Assembly (NCBI GenBank): GCA_018970325.1
Contig: JAGWWP010000002.1
Location: 24,693 to 88,692, forward strand
Reading direction: 5' to 3'
Source: Cyanobacteria bacterium REEB446
GTDB taxonomy: Bacteria > Cyanobacteriota > Vampirovibrionia > LMEP-6097
Length of the DNA: 64,000 nt
Shown: in pieces, positions 1-9,178 of the stretch
Layout of the letters: each line of letters opens with the position of its first letter
Position numbering within the stretch: position 1 is the stretch's first letter
Program-made: the position numbers and the translations under genes
The notes under the pieces: generated by a model
The model's database searches: none
What the model was told of the DNA's origin: nothing
What the model saw: only the letters and a program-made list of their open reading frames with translations

Positions 1-679
1 TCACATGTTCGTAATGAAAGGTGTGCAAAATAGGTGGACAATGCTCTGGTGGTAAATTAGGTACCTCATCATTACTATTAACGACTCTCCAACTGACTCC
101 TACAGCATTGTCAAAAGTTGTCGCAAAATTTGCGTCGCCAACCCTTGGAGCAGCAAAACTGTATAGGGAGGCGTCTGTGTGTATAGTGTTAGTGACTATG
201 TCACAGATATTTAGAGTGGCTAACGCTCCACCTAGACTATGACCAGTTATCCAGAGGTTTTTATAAGTATTTGCTGATAATTTAGACAAATAATTCATGA
301 CTGTTTTTTGAGGAGAATCTACTTTGGCGTCACCAGTGACGTACATTTGATCAAATCCCATTGCTACTTTTTCATTGTTTTTCAGGAAGCTGCTTTTGAT
401 TTGATCAAATTTAGCATCCTCTATCCATTCCTCTATATCTTGAGTGCCACGCCAAACTATATAAATGTCTTGTAGTTTACTTGCAATAAAGCCTAAAGGC
501 ATATTATCTTTTTCATATACGGCATATATACTACTTTCTAATGCATAGCCATGAGGCAATTGCCAGCTTTGCTTAGTCTGCCAAGCTTTATATTGAGCAT
601 AAGCTTCATTGGATAGATTCGCTAATTCCAAGGCTTTATCTATGTTAAAGTTCACTGGAAAACTATTATAAGAAACCAT
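1..679 (-). CDS. Lipase class 3 (alpha/beta-hydrolase, GHSLGGALA nucleophile elbow); its C-terminus runs off the window start
   Basis: The minus-strand frame opens with ATG (cat at 677-679) and reads MVSYNSFPVNFNIDKALELANLSNEAYAQY...IYIVWRGTQDIEEW...LWITGHSLGGALATL...FAAPRVGDANFA. This is the lipase_3 pattern (WRGT, GHSLGGA, PRVG). There is no stop before position 1, so it is absent from the ORF track. Confidence 0.6.
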   Translation of the reverse strand, partial: MVSYNSFPVNFNIDKALELANLSNEAYAQYKAWQTKQSWQLPHGYALESSIYAVYEKDNMPLGFIASKLQDIYIVWRGTQDIEEWIEDAKFDQIKSSFLKNNEKVAMGFDQMYVTGDAKVDSPQKTVMNYLSKLSANTYKNLWITGHSLGGALATLNICDIVTNTIHTDASLYSFAAPRVGDANFATTFDNAVGVSWRVVNSNDEVPNLPPEHCPPILHTFHYEHV

Positions 680-891
680 AAAAACAAGTTTAACATGATT
701 ACTTATAGACCTTAGCTTAAAAAAATTTACTGATTTCTTCTTCTGACCAAGTGAATAATATTTTTCTTATTTACTTGATTAGGAGAATTATTGATATGCA
801 ACGATTCAGGCACAAGAGTAGCTGATATTACCTTTCTTGTCTCATAAAGAAATTCTTGATACCTGTGACTGAGTTAAAATGTAATTAGTTT

Positions 892-2082
892 ATGCTTTTA
901 ACCTCAAATCCTATTTTAAATAAAGCTCTAGAGGGGCAGCGAATCACTTCAGAGGAAGCTATTGAGCTTTTTGAGAATGCTGATCTTTTAGAATTAGCTT
1001 ATGTAGCTAATGAAAAGCGCCAGAAGCTCCACCCAGATAGCGAAGCAGTCACTTATGTGGTGCAGCGTAATATTAATTACAGTAATGTTTGCACGGCGAG
1101 CTGTAGCTTTTGTGCATTTTATACTTACCCTAGCGTAGATGATAAATCTAATCCAGCTTATACGCTAGATTATGAGACACAGATAAAACCTAAGATTGCA
1201 GAACTTGTTGCTATAAATGGTACTGAGATTCTTTTACAGGGAGGGCATAATCCTGAATTAGGTTTGGATTATTATCAGGAGCTATTTATTAATATTAAAA
1301 GGGATTTTCCTTCTGTAACATTACATGCTCTTAGTCCTTCTGAAATTAATCATATTGCTGAAAAATATTTCACTTCGGTCTCTGCTTACGGGGATGGTAC
1401 TAAAATAGCTAATATTAAAGAACCTAGTTTAGAGGAAATTAAGATAGTACTTTTAGCTTTAAAAGAAGCTGGTATGGATTCTCTACCAGGTGCTGGTGCT
1501 GAAATCCTTACGGAGAGAGTGAGGTTAATTATTGCTCCTAAGAAAATCAATTCGCAGCGTTGGCTGGATATAATGGAAGCTGCTCACAGCATAGGTTTTA
1601 AATCATCAGCGACTATGATGTATGGTCATGTGGAGACTTATGAAGACAGAGTGGAGCATTTAAGAGCCTTACGTGATTTACAAGATAGGACTAATGGTTT
1701 TACAGCCTTTGTACTCTGGAATTTTCAGCGTGGGGATACGCCACTTGGGAAAATCATGAATGCTTATGAACGTGATGGGAAATTACCTAAATATAATAAA
1801 GATTCATCTGGTGAAGAATATTTGCGTTCGCTTGCTGTTTCTCGGATATTCTTAGATAATTTTAAAAATTTCCAAGCTAGTTGGGTGACGCAAGGTCATG
1901 AAATCGGGCAGCTTGCTTTAAATTTTGGCTGTAATGATTTAGGTGGAAATATGATGGAGGAAAATGTCGTCTCCGCTGCTAATACGACATATAGGACTTC
2001 AGTTCAGCAAATGGAATATTTTATTGAGGCTTGCGGGCGCAAGGCTGCACAGCGGGATACTCAATATAATTTAGTAAATTAA
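892..2082 (+). CDS. Radical SAM enzyme of the MqnC/MqnE family (futalosine-route menaquinone biosynthesis)
   Basis: 396 aa with an N-terminal CxxxCxxC cluster (NYSNVCTASCSFCAFY). Length and overall pattern fit the MqnC/MqnE/CofH-like radical SAM group. The sequence alone cannot separate MqnC from MqnE. Confidence 0.55.
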   Translation: MLLTSNPILNKALEGQRITSEEAIELFENADLLELAYVANEKRQKLHPDSEAVTYVVQRNINYSNVCTASCSFCAFYTYPSVDDKSNPAYTLDYETQIKPKIAELVAINGTEILLQGGHNPELGLDYYQELFINIKRDFPSVTLHALSPSEINHIAEKYFTSVSAYGDGTKIANIKEPSLEEIKIVLLALKEAGMDSLPGAGAEILTERVRLIIAPKKINSQRWLDIMEAAHSIGFKSSATMMYGHVETYEDRVEHLRALRDLQDRTNGFTAFVLWNFQRGDTPLGKIMNAYERDGKLPKYNKDSSGEEYLRSLAVSRIFLDNFKNFQASWVTQGHEIGQLALNFGCNDLGGNMMEENVVSAANTTYRTSVQQMEYFIEACGRKAAQRDTQYNLVN

Positions 2083-2120
2083 GGGACGAAAACGCAGAAA
2101 TTGAAGATTGCGAGTAGTCC
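2083..2120 (+). repeat. Fragment of the RPE-like palindromic mini-repeat (3' half type ...gacgaaaacgcagaaattgaagattgcgagtagtcc)
   Basis: It matches the 3' half of the elements at 7241-7293 and 19620-19667 and begins immediately after the stop codon of the upstream CDS. Confidence 0.6.
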
Positions 2121-2172
2121 TAATGAAGTCTTTTTATTAATGATAAAATCTATATTTCAGATAACATAAATT

Positions 2173-3267
2173 ATGCATTACCAAGGGATTATTCATAGAT
2201 ATAAAAAATATTTACCAGTGACTGAGACTACGCCAATCGTTAGTCTCTGTGAGGGGCGTACGCCACTTGTGGAAGCAATGAATATAGCTAAGCTTACTGG
2301 CGTGAAGGGCTTAAAAGTTTTCTGTAAAATAGAGGGACTTAATCCATCTGGATCTTTTAAAGATAGAGGGATGACTATGGCTGTGTCTAAGGCTGTAGAG
2401 AAAGGGGCTAAAAAAATCATCTGCGCAAGTACTGGTAATACTAGTGCTGCTGCTGCTGCTTATGCCTCAAGAGTAAGATCTATGGGCTATGAAATGGAAT
2501 CTTTTGTAATTATTCCAGCAGGTTATGTGGCACTTGGAAAGCTCTCACAGGCTATGATCTATGGCTCTAAGGTTATTCAAGTTAGGGGTAATTTTGATGA
2601 TGCTTTAAATATAGTGAAATCTCTATCTGAAAATTATCCTATTGAGTTAGTTAATTCATTAAATCCTTATCGTATTGAGGGACAGAAGACCGGAGCTTTT
2701 GAGCTAGTGGATGAGCTTGGGGAAAGTCCAGATTATCTCTTTTTGCCTGTAGGTAATGCAGGTAATATAACAGCTTACTGGAAAGGTTTTAAAGAGTATG
2801 TTCCAGAGAATCAGAAAAGACCTCATATGTATGGCTTTCAAGCAGAGGGGGCTTCACCTATAGTAAATAAGCGAGTTTTTGATAAACCAGAAACTATAGC
2901 TACCGCTATTCGTATTGGTAATCCAGCGAGCTGGGAGCAGGCTAATAGGGCTTTAAGTGAGTCTAATGGTCATATAGATTCAGTTACAGATCGTGAGATA
3001 TTAGACGCTTATAAACTCTTGCATCAAATGGATGGTATAGCCTGCGAGCCCTCTTCTGCGACTGGAGTTGCTGGTCTTTTAAAAGCTGCTAAGCAAGGCT
3101 TAGTAAAAGAGAATTCTACTGTGGTTTGTATACTCACTGGTAATGGTTTGAAAGATCCTTCTACTGCGATTAAAGAAGTGGATATGGATGAAAATGAGAC
3201 TTATCCAGCTGATGCTAATGAGATTATTAAGGTGCTTGGACTGGAGAGTCTTTCTGGGGTAGTTTAA
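2173..3267 (+). CDS. thrC: Threonine synthase
   Basis: 364 aa with the PLP-lysine motif LNPSGSFKDRGMT and a ThrC-like fold pattern throughout. Confidence 0.9.
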   Translation: MHYQGIIHRYKKYLPVTETTPIVSLCEGRTPLVEAMNIAKLTGVKGLKVFCKIEGLNPSGSFKDRGMTMAVSKAVEKGAKKIICASTGNTSAAAAAYASRVRSMGYEMESFVIIPAGYVALGKLSQAMIYGSKVIQVRGNFDDALNIVKSLSENYPIELVNSLNPYRIEGQKTGAFELVDELGESPDYLFLPVGNAGNITAYWKGFKEYVPENQKRPHMYGFQAEGASPIVNKRVFDKPETIATAIRIGNPASWEQANRALSESNGHIDSVTDREILDAYKLLHQMDGIACEPSSATGVAGLLKAAKQGLVKENSTVVCILTGNGLKDPSTAIKEVDMDENETYPADANEIIKVLGLESLSGVV

Positions 3268-4592
3268 GTAGATCCATGGATTATTAATAATCTCAAGCTC
3301 AATTCCAAATCCCCAGTCTCTAAAACTCTTCTTTCTAAGTTTGGCACAGCTGAGTTCAGAAGCTGTTTATAAAAGGCTTTGAGCTCATATAGGCATTGAT
3401 TTTTAAAATCGCCCTGTATTTTATATTGGTCAGCTAAAAAATAATCTAATTCATAGAGGTCATTTAGATTGTGGCTAAATTTTTCTAGAGCTTTTATTTG
3501 AGATGCTTCTGGCTTGGTATTGTTGAACTTAAGAAATTTTTCTTTAAGGATAATTTTTCTTACTAATGTTTCTCTGGATTTATTTAGAGATTCATAGTTA
3601 GCTAAATAATCAGGATCATTCTCTATAATATGTTTAAAATTTTTCAGCAGCATTTCTTGTTCCTGAGAGAGTTTGAATCTTGCCAGTTGATTTATCTGCT
3701 GTTGAATTTCTAGTTCAGTTTTAAATACATTTGTTAGAAAAAGCAGAGTAATTAGACTAAGTAGAATAAGTGAATTTGGAAGATTTATACTGCTCCGAAT
3801 CTTAGTTAAAAAAGGTGTTGTAGATTTTTTTGTTATTGATTGCTTCTCATTGACTGGGTTTGACATGATCTTATCTGCTTCTTTCTTTTGCTCGTGACAT
3901 TTAGGGAAAAATAGGCTGATAACAGTTCCTTGATTAATCAGGGAGCTGATATCAAGTTCTATATCATTATATTTAAGTATCTCGGCCACGGATTTTAAAC
4001 CATGCCTCGAAGTTCTAGGTCTTAGATTTTTAAATGATTCTTCTAGATCTAGGTTGAAACTGTTTTCTAGTGATAATATTTTGAGCTTCCAGTAATCTTT
4101 AGAATCATCAAGTGTGATTTTGACCTCTCCATTACTGTGTTTTAGAGCATTTTCGATTAAATTAAAAACAGCTTTAGCTATTAAAGAGAAGTTTCCATAT
4201 ATTAGGGCGTTATTTTGGTATATATTATCCTCAGTTTTAACTCTTTTTAAAGTAAAGATTTCCATTAACTCAAGCTCTATGAGATCTTTTAAATCTATAA
4301 TGGATTTTGAATAATTGTGAAACTCTGCTTGAGTAGTATTCTGTGAATCTTGTATCTCTGTAAAAATCTCTCTAAAGTGATATTCACTGCCTTTTAAGAA
4401 ACTTATTAAATGATTTAAATCGTTAAATTCTTCGCTGCTAAGAACAGATTTTCCTTCTTCGGAGAGCTTTTTACTAATATCTTTTAATGAGCTATTCGCT
4501 AAGCTGAATAGATTTGCAGAGTCGTGAATATATGAACTTGTGAGTGCAAGTAAGTTATGAAGCTGATCTCTACTAAGTTTTTTAGCTTTCAT
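3264..4592 (-). CDS. Hypothetical membrane protein with an HATPase_c-like (GHKL ATPase) segment and atypical topology
   Basis: 442 aa. An N-box-like LIENALKHSNGEVKI is followed by a G-rich HGLKSV segment, then a TM helix (LILLSLITLLFLTNVF) after the ATPase-like part. No clear H-box. Last gene of the minus-strand cluster 3264-9700. Confidence 0.3.
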   Translation of the reverse strand: MKAKKLSRDQLHNLLALTSSYIHDSANLFSLANSSLKDISKKLSEEGKSVLSSEEFNDLNHLISFLKGSEYHFREIFTEIQDSQNTTQAEFHNYSKSIIDLKDLIELELMEIFTLKRVKTEDNIYQNNALIYGNFSLIAKAVFNLIENALKHSNGEVKITLDDSKDYWKLKILSLENSFNLDLEESFKNLRPRTSRHGLKSVAEILKYNDIELDISSLINQGTVISLFFPKCHEQKKEADKIMSNPVNEKQSITKKSTTPFLTKIRSSINLPNSLILLSLITLLFLTNVFKTELEIQQQINQLARFKLSQEQEMLLKNFKHIIENDPDYLANYESLNKSRETLVRKIILKEKFLKFNNTKPEASQIKALEKFSHNLNDLYELDYFLADQYKIQGDFKNQCLYELKAFYKQLLNSAVPNLERRVLETGDLELSLRLLIIHGST

Positions 4593-4602
4593 TTTTTTGA
4601 TT

Positions 4603-5775
4603 TTACTGTTTTTTTAGCTTGAATATAAAAAATATCTGAATAACACTTAAGAGAAGTAAGCTGAGTATGGAAAAACATATATAAATAAAATAACTTAAAT
4701 TGTTAAAGCTAAACTCTGAGAGGATCTTGTAGAGAAAGTTAAAGCCGAATGGCAGAATGCTTACTCCTAAAAGAATTTTTAGGCTATAGGTGAAAACACT
4801 AAAAGGGTTTTTATTATTAAGAAGAAATATTGGTGAAAATACTTTAGCGAAAATAACTAAAATAATGCTGCCCAGTAGGCTTATAATAAATATAAACTGT
4901 GAAACACTGTCAATGAAAGCAAGTATCAATCCGGGAAAGTAGCCATAATTATTTAATATCGCTGTCCAGCTCTCAATAAGCAGTGTTTCGTGGTTGTGGA
5001 AGATAGAAAAGCCCAGTGATTCATTATTAAGTAGGCTGTTAAATCCATTATTTATTAAGCTAAAGCCACTGAAAATAAATTCCCAGATACTCTCCAGCAT
5101 TAATAGCAAGGCTATGCTTAGAAATAAGCTACTGAAAAGGCTTTTAAATTCATGATTATCTTTTTGAGTGCTTTTAGAATTACTTTTGAAAAAAGCTATG
5201 TCTAGAATTTTAAACATACTAGAGAGTATTAATAATACGAGAATAATTTTCTGTAAAAATGAGAAAGTACTCTCTGCAAGTGGTGTTCTCATTATTTTTT
5301 CTAGAATTATCATTAAATTAGTATCAGTAGAGCTATTCGTTAAATCTTCATTTAGGAAATTTATACAGTCGATATGTGCCTGTAAATTACTATTTAAAAT
5401 CTCTTCACTAGTCTTACGCCTTTGATATTCAAAAAAACCAGTAAAAGTGTCTCTAAGAGCGTTATTGACACCATCTTGTACTTGATATTTCACGTTAATT
5501 ATCCCATCAGCTAAGCCGATAATTTTATTAGCCGCACCTAGTGTGAAAGTTCTTTCTATAGTCTGTTTACTAAGTTCGGTAGATCTTAAAATGAAATCAT
5601 CAGGTGTTTCTAAGGGTGCTAGGGGACTGCTACCTGTATGAAAATATATGCGGCGATTATCTATTTCAGGATATTTATTTACTTGCCCGTCAGCTATTCT
5701 GATAATATCGCCAATCTTGAAAGCATGACTAGGAGGGCTAATTAGGGAAAATAAAAGTAGGAAAATTATCAGCAT
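4603..5775 (-). CDS. Hypothetical polytopic membrane protein (signal peptide, ~170-aa periplasmic segment, 5-6 C-terminal TM helices)
   Basis: 390 aa. N-terminal MLIIFLLLFSLISPPSHA looks signal-like and the C-terminal half is strongly hydrophobic. No recognisable catalytic motif. Confidence 0.45.
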   Translation of the reverse strand: MLIIFLLLFSLISPPSHAFKIGDIIRIADGQVNKYPEIDNRRIYFHTGSSPLAPLETPDDFILRSTELSKQTIERTFTLGAANKIIGLADGIINVKYQVQDGVNNALRDTFTGFFEYQRRKTSEEILNSNLQAHIDCINFLNEDLTNSSTDTNLMIILEKIMRTPLAESTFSFLQKIILVLLILSSMFKILDIAFFKSNSKSTQKDNHEFKSLFSSLFLSIALLLMLESIWEFIFSGFSLINNGFNSLLNNESLGFSIFHNHETLLIESWTAILNNYGYFPGLILAFIDSVSQFIFIISLLGSIILVIFAKVFSPIFLLNNKNPFSVFTYSLKILLGVSILPFGFNFLYKILSEFSFNNLSYFIYICFSILSLLLLSVIQIFFIFKLKKQ

Positions 5776-5776
5776 T

Positions 5777-6376
5777 TTAATTCTCTTTTATGGATAAGAT
5801 TTTTTCTAATTTTTGAGTCTGAGTATTTATAAGTATTTCTATGATTAAATTACGTGAAGAATTTTCTGTATCAGTGAAAGTTTCCTTCCCAAAGCAGATA
5901 ATTTTTACTAAGACTTTATCTATATTCTCAGTGTAAATTTTATTTATTTGAAACTCACTGTTGATCTTGTTTTGACTACGAGCTTCTATTTCTTGTATGA
6001 GGTACTCCGTGAAGAAAGTCTCTTCAGTATTCTCTTTTAGCCACTTGGAGTGTTCTTCCTGTCTGTTTGTGTATTTAGAAAATAGCTTAGAGAGATATGC
6101 TTGAGTGAAATTTTCTATATTGAAATCACTGCTTCCATTGATAGATAAAGCTTTTTGGGCTCTAGTGTTTTTAGAATTATCCTTGTTTTTTAAAACACTG
6201 CTATCAATAAAAACTCTATTTCTACTGTTTAAAAGCTTATTACAGTTATGAATTTCACACATTGCTAATGCTAGAGATATAGATAGAAAGAGGATTATAC
6301 TTAGCAGTATTTTTACTATCGAAGGCAGGTAAAGTATTTTAAGCAAATATTTTAAAGAGTTATATTTTAAGACCAT
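5777..6376 (-). CDS. Hypothetical bitopic membrane protein
   Basis: 199 aa with a single N-terminal TM (LPSIVKILLSIILFLSISLALA). It overlaps the upstream gene's end by 10 nt, which indicates translational coupling within the cluster. Confidence 0.4.
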   Translation of the reverse strand: MVLKYNSLKYLLKILYLPSIVKILLSIILFLSISLALAMCEIHNCNKLLNSRNRVFIDSSVLKNKDNSKNTRAQKALSINGSSDFNIENFTQAYLSKLFSKYTNRQEEHSKWLKENTEETFFTEYLIQEIEARSQNKINSEFQINKIYTENIDKVLVKIICFGKETFTDTENSSRNLIIEILINTQTQKLEKILSIKEN

Positions 6377-8700
6377 ATATTTTTCTCCTGCATTTTTTCT
6401 AGTGTCTGTCTTGCGATGGACATATTATCGAGAAAGCTGGCATGGCTAGAATCTTTTAGATTAGCAGCTTTAATTTCATTAAAGATTAACTGCCTCTCTC
6501 TCACGACTTCTGCACTGGAGTTCGTTAATATTAGTTCATCTTGATCTGCTTTAAATTTAATTAAACCAGAGAATTTAGAAGTTTTAAGTAGTGCTGTACC
6601 CCTGTCTTTAATCTCTTGCGATTCTAGTAGCTTCAGTTCTCGCTCATTAAGATTTAAGTGGCTGCCCAACTCAGCTTTATCTGTATTTTCTTTACATTGA
6701 AAGATGAAACTGCTTGCAGCAGAGGAGTGTATATCACGAGTTAAATCTGAGGGTTTTTGAGAAATAGTCCATAAGCCTAAATTCATAGCTCTGCCAGTTC
6801 GAGCTAGCTTGCTGATAAGCTTTTTACTAAGAGGGTTCTCTTCTTCATAAATTAATTTCCAAGCTTCATCTATCACTAAATAAATGGTGTTGTCTAGTTC
6901 TCTTACAGCGTTCTCTATTTGCATGAAAATATTTTCTAAGCAGAAGTTAGTCAGGGCTTTGTTTTTTTCGATACTATGAAAATTAACTAAGCTTATATTT
7001 TTTTTAAATAATATTAAGTTCTTAAATGACTCTGGGGAATTATAAATTTCCCCACCCATATAAGCAGTAAAAAATTCCCAGCCTAGTAGTGTACTATCTA
7101 AAATAACAAACTTGGCATTAGAGCACTGTTGCCGAACTCCAATTTCTGCGTTTTCGTTGTCCTCATGATCCTCATGTACCCGCAGTACATTGCGGTCATT
7201 CGTCCTCCTCAGCCTTGAACTTGCACGTTCGGCAACAGTGCTATTCGGGGATTGCTCGCAATCTTCAATTCTTGCGTTTTCGTCGTCCTCGTGATTTAAA
7301 CTTCTTTTAATTAAAAGCTTTACTGCAAGTGACTTTCCTGAGCCAGAGTCACCTATGAAATTAATAGATTTATTATTGCAGAATTGAGTATTTTCAGGTG
7401 TGAAATATACTAGGGATCTATCATCTAATTTATAACCAATTAATGCTCCATTTTCCATGCAGGTTCTATCTTCTAGAAATGGATTAAAATAATTCAGGTC
7501 TTTAGCTGTTATTAAGAATGGGAGATTTTGTATTTTTTCTGTATAGAGTTTTCTTTGCAAATATTTAGCTTCATTGAAACTAAGTAGTGACTGACTAGTA
7601 GATATTTTGAGGAGATTTTTTTCTAGTATTTCTTTATTAGGGCTGTATAATTTCAGGATAATTTGCAGGTTTGCGATGAAGCTATTATCATAGATCTCAT
7701 GGTAAAGAGACTTTAGGGAATCTAAGTGACTTTTATTACTAAGAGCTGCTCTGGTAAAGCTTTGAAGACAATTTATCTTATGGTTAATTAGTGATTTATC
7801 TCGATTCAGATTTCGTTCTTGTAAAATGATGCATAATTCACTAGTGCAGCTTAAGCTTTTCAGGAAATTATTTAATGATTCGAAGCTAGCATTTTCAAGC
7901 TCAAGGTCTTTTAGAGAGAGGCATTTAATATATTCATGTGTCTTAATATAATTAATTCTTTCTTTGAAATCAGTCAAATCATTCTGTTTGTCTGAAATGA
8001 TCTCAAAACTTATTTTATTTGCAACACTAAAGAGCTGTAGGTGATAATTTATTTGCTGTAAAGTCTTTTCTGAATTACTGTTCACCTCAATTTCTAAAAA
8101 CCTACATGGATGAAATATCTTCTCTTCATATTGGGAAGCCCTTTCTTTAGCTGGATTCATTTCTTGAATATTTTCGGCATTGATGAAAATTCTGAATTTA
8201 ATTTTGGTTTTTGAATTTCGATATTCTAGTATATTTTCTAAAAGCTTCTGCCAGAGATGGTTTAATTGATCTATTTCAAGTTTGCTTGCTGTAGAGTAGT
8301 TAATTAATTTTTTAATTCTATATCTTTTACTGTAGGATTTTACTTTTTGAGAGAGAGGCAGAAAGTTTAGTTTTAAGGCTGATTTATTAAATAGAGATTT
8401 AGTATTTCTATCTAAGCAAGACTGTGATTGGTTTTGAGGTTTAACTAATAACGGATAACTTATATGTTTTATAAAGAAACTATTTTCGCTAAGATTCAGT
8501 TTAGTACTGCGATAGCAGATCCAGAGAAAGGTAAAGCTGCTTAGAATCCATATGGCAAGTGGGCTATCTATTTGTAGAGCTAGCAGCTGTATTAAATAGA
8601 GATATAATCCTAGAAATAAAACTCCTAGTGAAATTTCTTTTAAGCTGAGTCCACTAAAAATTTCTATATCTTTTTTTAAGGCTAAGTGTTTTTTTATCAT
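6367..8700 (-). CDS. Membrane-anchored P-loop ATPase of the VirB4/TraC - HerA/FtsK superfamily; carries two in-frame RPE-like insertions
   Basis: 777 aa. Two N-terminal TM helices are followed by Walker A INFIGDSGSGKSLA, Walker B YLVIDEAWKL and a downstream ARTGRAMNLGLWTISQKPSDL segment (VirB4-like RK..TQ motif). The repeat-encoded insert ...ERASSRLRRTNDRNVLRVHEDHEDNENAEIGVRQQC... lies between Walker A and Walker B. Confidence 0.55.
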   Translation of the reverse strand: MIKKHLALKKDIEIFSGLSLKEISLGVLFLGLYLYLIQLLALQIDSPLAIWILSSFTFLWICYRSTKLNLSENSFFIKHISYPLLVKPQNQSQSCLDRNTKSLFNKSALKLNFLPLSQKVKSYSKRYRIKKLINYSTASKLEIDQLNHLWQKLLENILEYRNSKTKIKFRIFINAENIQEMNPAKERASQYEEKIFHPCRFLEIEVNSNSEKTLQQINYHLQLFSVANKISFEIISDKQNDLTDFKERINYIKTHEYIKCLSLKDLELENASFESLNNFLKSLSCTSELCIILQERNLNRDKSLINHKINCLQSFTRAALSNKSHLDSLKSLYHEIYDNSFIANLQIILKLYSPNKEILEKNLLKISTSQSLLSFNEAKYLQRKLYTEKIQNLPFLITAKDLNYFNPFLEDRTCMENGALIGYKLDDRSLVYFTPENTQFCNNKSINFIGDSGSGKSLAVKLLIKRSLNHEDDENARIEDCEQSPNSTVAERASSRLRRTNDRNVLRVHEDHEDNENAEIGVRQQCSNAKFVILDSTLLGWEFFTAYMGGEIYNSPESFKNLILFKKNISLVNFHSIEKNKALTNFCLENIFMQIENAVRELDNTIYLVIDEAWKLIYEEENPLSKKLISKLARTGRAMNLGLWTISQKPSDLTRDIHSSAASSFIFQCKENTDKAELGSHLNLNERELKLLESQEIKDRGTALLKTSKFSGLIKFKADQDELILTNSSAEVVRERQLIFNEIKAANLKDSSHASFLDNMSIARQTLEKMQEKNIWS
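7124..7240 (-). repeat. Full-length RPE-like palindromic element (117 bp) inserted in-frame in the ATPase gene
   Basis: It has a perfect 13-bp terminal inverted repeat, cactgttgccgaa ... ttcggcaacagtg. The core gaaaacgcagaaattggagtt / gcaagttcaaggctgaggaggacgaatgaccgc is shared with the other copies. Confidence 0.8.
7241..7293 (-). repeat. Second, partial RPE-like element in tandem with the first (3' half type)
   Basis: Its reverse complement, cacgaggacgacgaaaacgcaagaattgaagattgcgagcaatccccgaatag, matches the 2083-2120 and 19620-19667 variants. Confidence 0.7.
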
Positions 8701-8722
8701 TGGAGTTGTGTGCCAGTCTTTT

Positions 8723-9175
8723 TTATTTGATTTGTATCGCTGCCATGCCGCGAGATAAATTACTCAGTAAGTTATAGCCGCCGATGAAAATCGCGATTAA
8801 GGGTGATATTTGTTGTAGTAATTCAGCTGCCTGAGCTATAAGAGCAGAAAAACGCTCAAAACTATCTAGGACACCTGAATTTAAGTAAGAATCGGAAAAA
8901 ACTACTGAGACATTAAAATCTGAAGCCAGATCTTTAATGATTTTAAAAAGTATAGGTAAGATTTGAATTAAGAATATTGCAAAAACCGTGGTGCCAACTG
9001 AAGTTAAGATGCTGTAATGGTGAGTCTTGGCTTTAAACATATGAGTCGAAATGAGATTAACACTTGGGCTTGTTAATACTTTTATGCGATCAAAATATTT
9101 ATGAATGAGTTTATGGCTCAGGTAATGAATGCCGATGTAGCTTATGGTACTAATAGTAATTATGCTGATTTGCAT
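8723..9175 (-). CDS. Small hydrophobic membrane protein (pilin/VirB2-like topology is possible; no motif support)
   Basis: 150 aa with a hydrophobic N-terminus, a central TM (TTVFAIFLIQILPILF) and a hydrophobic C-terminal segment. Lies immediately upstream of the ATPase in the same operon. Confidence 0.35.
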   Translation of the reverse strand: MQISIITISTISYIGIHYLSHKLIHKYFDRIKVLTSPSVNLISTHMFKAKTHHYSILTSVGTTVFAIFLIQILPILFKIIKDLASDFNVSVVFSDSYLNSGVLDSFERFSALIAQAAELLQQISPLIAIFIGGYNLLSNLSRGMAAIQIK

Positions 9176-9178
9176 GAT

